A DNA stretch of 64,000 nt. Source: Neophaeotheca triangularis. Lineage: Eukaryota. The stretch spans positions 62,001 through 126,000 of the forward strand of contig BAAIJX010000049.1 of the NCBI GenBank assembly GCA_054600435.1, in the 5' to 3' direction. The notes under the pieces were generated by a model. The model had not been told where the DNA came from, did not search any database, and worked only from the letters and a program-made list of their open reading frames with translations. Below are positions 62,601-64,000 of the stretch, piece after piece; the stretch's first letter is position 1; each line of letters starts with the position of its first letter. Position numbers and translations under genes: made by a program.

Positions 62601-63239
62601 GCCCTCCTCAATATCCGCCACACTCACGCCCGCGAAGCCATCTTCGGCACCATCAACGCGGCGCGCACCTGGCCCTTTGCCGCCGACTTCACCCCCGACG
62701 AAAAATCCAAATACTCGGGCAACCCGCTCGACATTTCCGGCTGCACGGTAGAATACGCTCTCGATCGCATCGCCGTGGATCCAACGACAACGCTCCTCGA
62801 ATTCATGCAAACCGTCACCAAAGACGAAGAAACAAACTCAGCCTACATCCACACGCCCTTCAACCGCATCGTCTCGGCCCTGCGCTCACCCACATCCGCC
62901 TCGGACCCGCGCAGCCCGGCCGAGCGCGAAACCGACGCCAACGCCCTCGTCCACCTCGTCCGCCGCCAGAGTTTCAACTGGCTGCCCACCTCACCCACGG
63001 CGTCGCAAGACCCCCGGGGCGTCAAGATGGAGCAGATGCTCACGCGCATGGACAACGGGCTCACCATCACCGGCTTCTTGGCCGATGACAAGAAATCCGT
63101 CGCTTTGAGTTTTACCTGGGACGCCGAGCATTTGACTCTGGAGGAGGCTGAAGCGGGGATTGGGGAGTTGAAGGGGTTGTGTGAGGAGTTGGGTCGGAGG
63201 GAGGGATGGGGGAGGAGGGTCGGGGAGCTTGTTGGTTGA
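59631..63239 (+). CDS. NRPS-like enzyme: acyl-CoA-ligase-type A domain, T domain, C domain (intron 61077-61130)
   Basis: FTSGTTSLPK, YGMTE, TGD, GRYKDLIIRGGENI and PKTASGK (A); FADSL (T); ASHAIID (C-domain HHxxxD variant); GTGAGT...GCTAAC...CAG intron joins the two ORFs. Confidence 0.88.
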
Positions 63240-63304
63240 ATTAAGGAAAAGGAGGAGGAATGGAAACGGGGTTTTTGTGCAGTTTTTGGTTGATTGATTG
63301 TTTG

Positions 63305-63428
63305 TTGGGGCGAGGGGGATGGGAATGGGATTGTATCGAATGGAAATGGAAACGGGGATGGAATGGAAATGGGGAATGGAATGGGAATGTAAAGGGAAAT
63401 GGGAATGGCAAAGGAATATGGGAACGGG
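63305..63428. repeat. Degenerate (GGAATG/GGAAAT)n microsatellite in the 3' flank of the NRPS-like gene
   Basis: Visible directly in the sequence. Confidence 0.8.
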
Positions 63429-64000
63429 CGTTTTTGTGTTTTATATTTATGCTGCCATTTCGAGTCATACTCTGGATGTAGGGGACGGATGTTCTTTCTT
63501 TCTCTTCCTATATATATATATATAGATCTAAGGTAGACTTTGGATGTAATGTGGACGCTTTTTTTTTTCCCTTTTTTGTTTTTTTGGAATCTACTGGCTA
63601 TTTTTTTTTTCTTCCCTCTTTTATCTCTTCGCTTTCGATGTAACAGAAGTTCAGCGGTCTGTCCGTTCTTTTTGCCGTAGACAGGTCTAGCTAGCTAGCT
63701 AGGCGGGCTGCTGTGTTGGGGGCTTTTTTTTCCCAGTCGGGGTCCTTGTCCGGATTCATCTGTGTAACGGAGTAAGTAGGCTACCTTGGCTAAGGGGGTG
63801 GTGGCAGTGAGAGAGAAGAAAAGTTAAGCGCGAGTGAGAAGACGAGGAGTGGATATAGTGAGGGTCGTTCGGAGTGGGGCGGGGGTCTTTTGTAGTGGTG
63901 GGCGAATGGGAGTTTATGGGTGAATACGGGGGGAAATGAGGGAAGATTGGGGAGGCTGCTGACAGTGCTATATGGAGTTTTGGGAAATGGCGACTAGAGA

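Noticed and set aside
59924..63091. Long overlapping or antisense ORFs inside the NRPS-like gene (and similarly in the MFS, ARE and adhesin genes)
   Set aside because: Shadow ORFs expected from GC-rich codon bias.

Overview
Filamentous-ascomycete genomic window (probably Dothideomycete; inferred from RIP and gene content) with two halves. Bases 1-30.46 kb are a RIP-mutated (TpA-rich, CpA/TpG-depleted) nest of four LTR retrotransposons. A Ty1/Copia element (27280-30463, +) is interrupted by the 3' end of LTR element C (3' LTR 27057-27279). C is interrupted by Ty3/Gypsy chromovirus A (213-26305, +, TSD GCGCC), which is interrupted by a related chromovirus B (8317-21404, -, TSD CCTCC/CCTCT). A and B are each ~13 kb. 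Besides gag-pol, each carries a homologous ~1150-1200-codon extra ORF of unknown function after pol, and 19-bp-period arrays of an AGTC-N5-GAC motif at both ends, in opposite orientations. C and the Copia carry antisense extra ORFs, the Copia one with a DUF3716-like Cys cluster. Bases 30.5-64 kb are gene-rich and non-RIPed: a single-pass membrane protein, a 2120-aa repetitive secreted adhesin-like protein, a Gfo/Idh/MocA oxidoreductase, a MOSC protein, a sterol O-acyltransferase, a Tls1/C9orf78-like protein, a tartrate/D-malate dehydrogenase, an MCT-type MFS transporter and a divergently transcribed CoA-ligase-T-C NRPS-like gene. All translations of RIPed regions were done by hand; no database searches were run.
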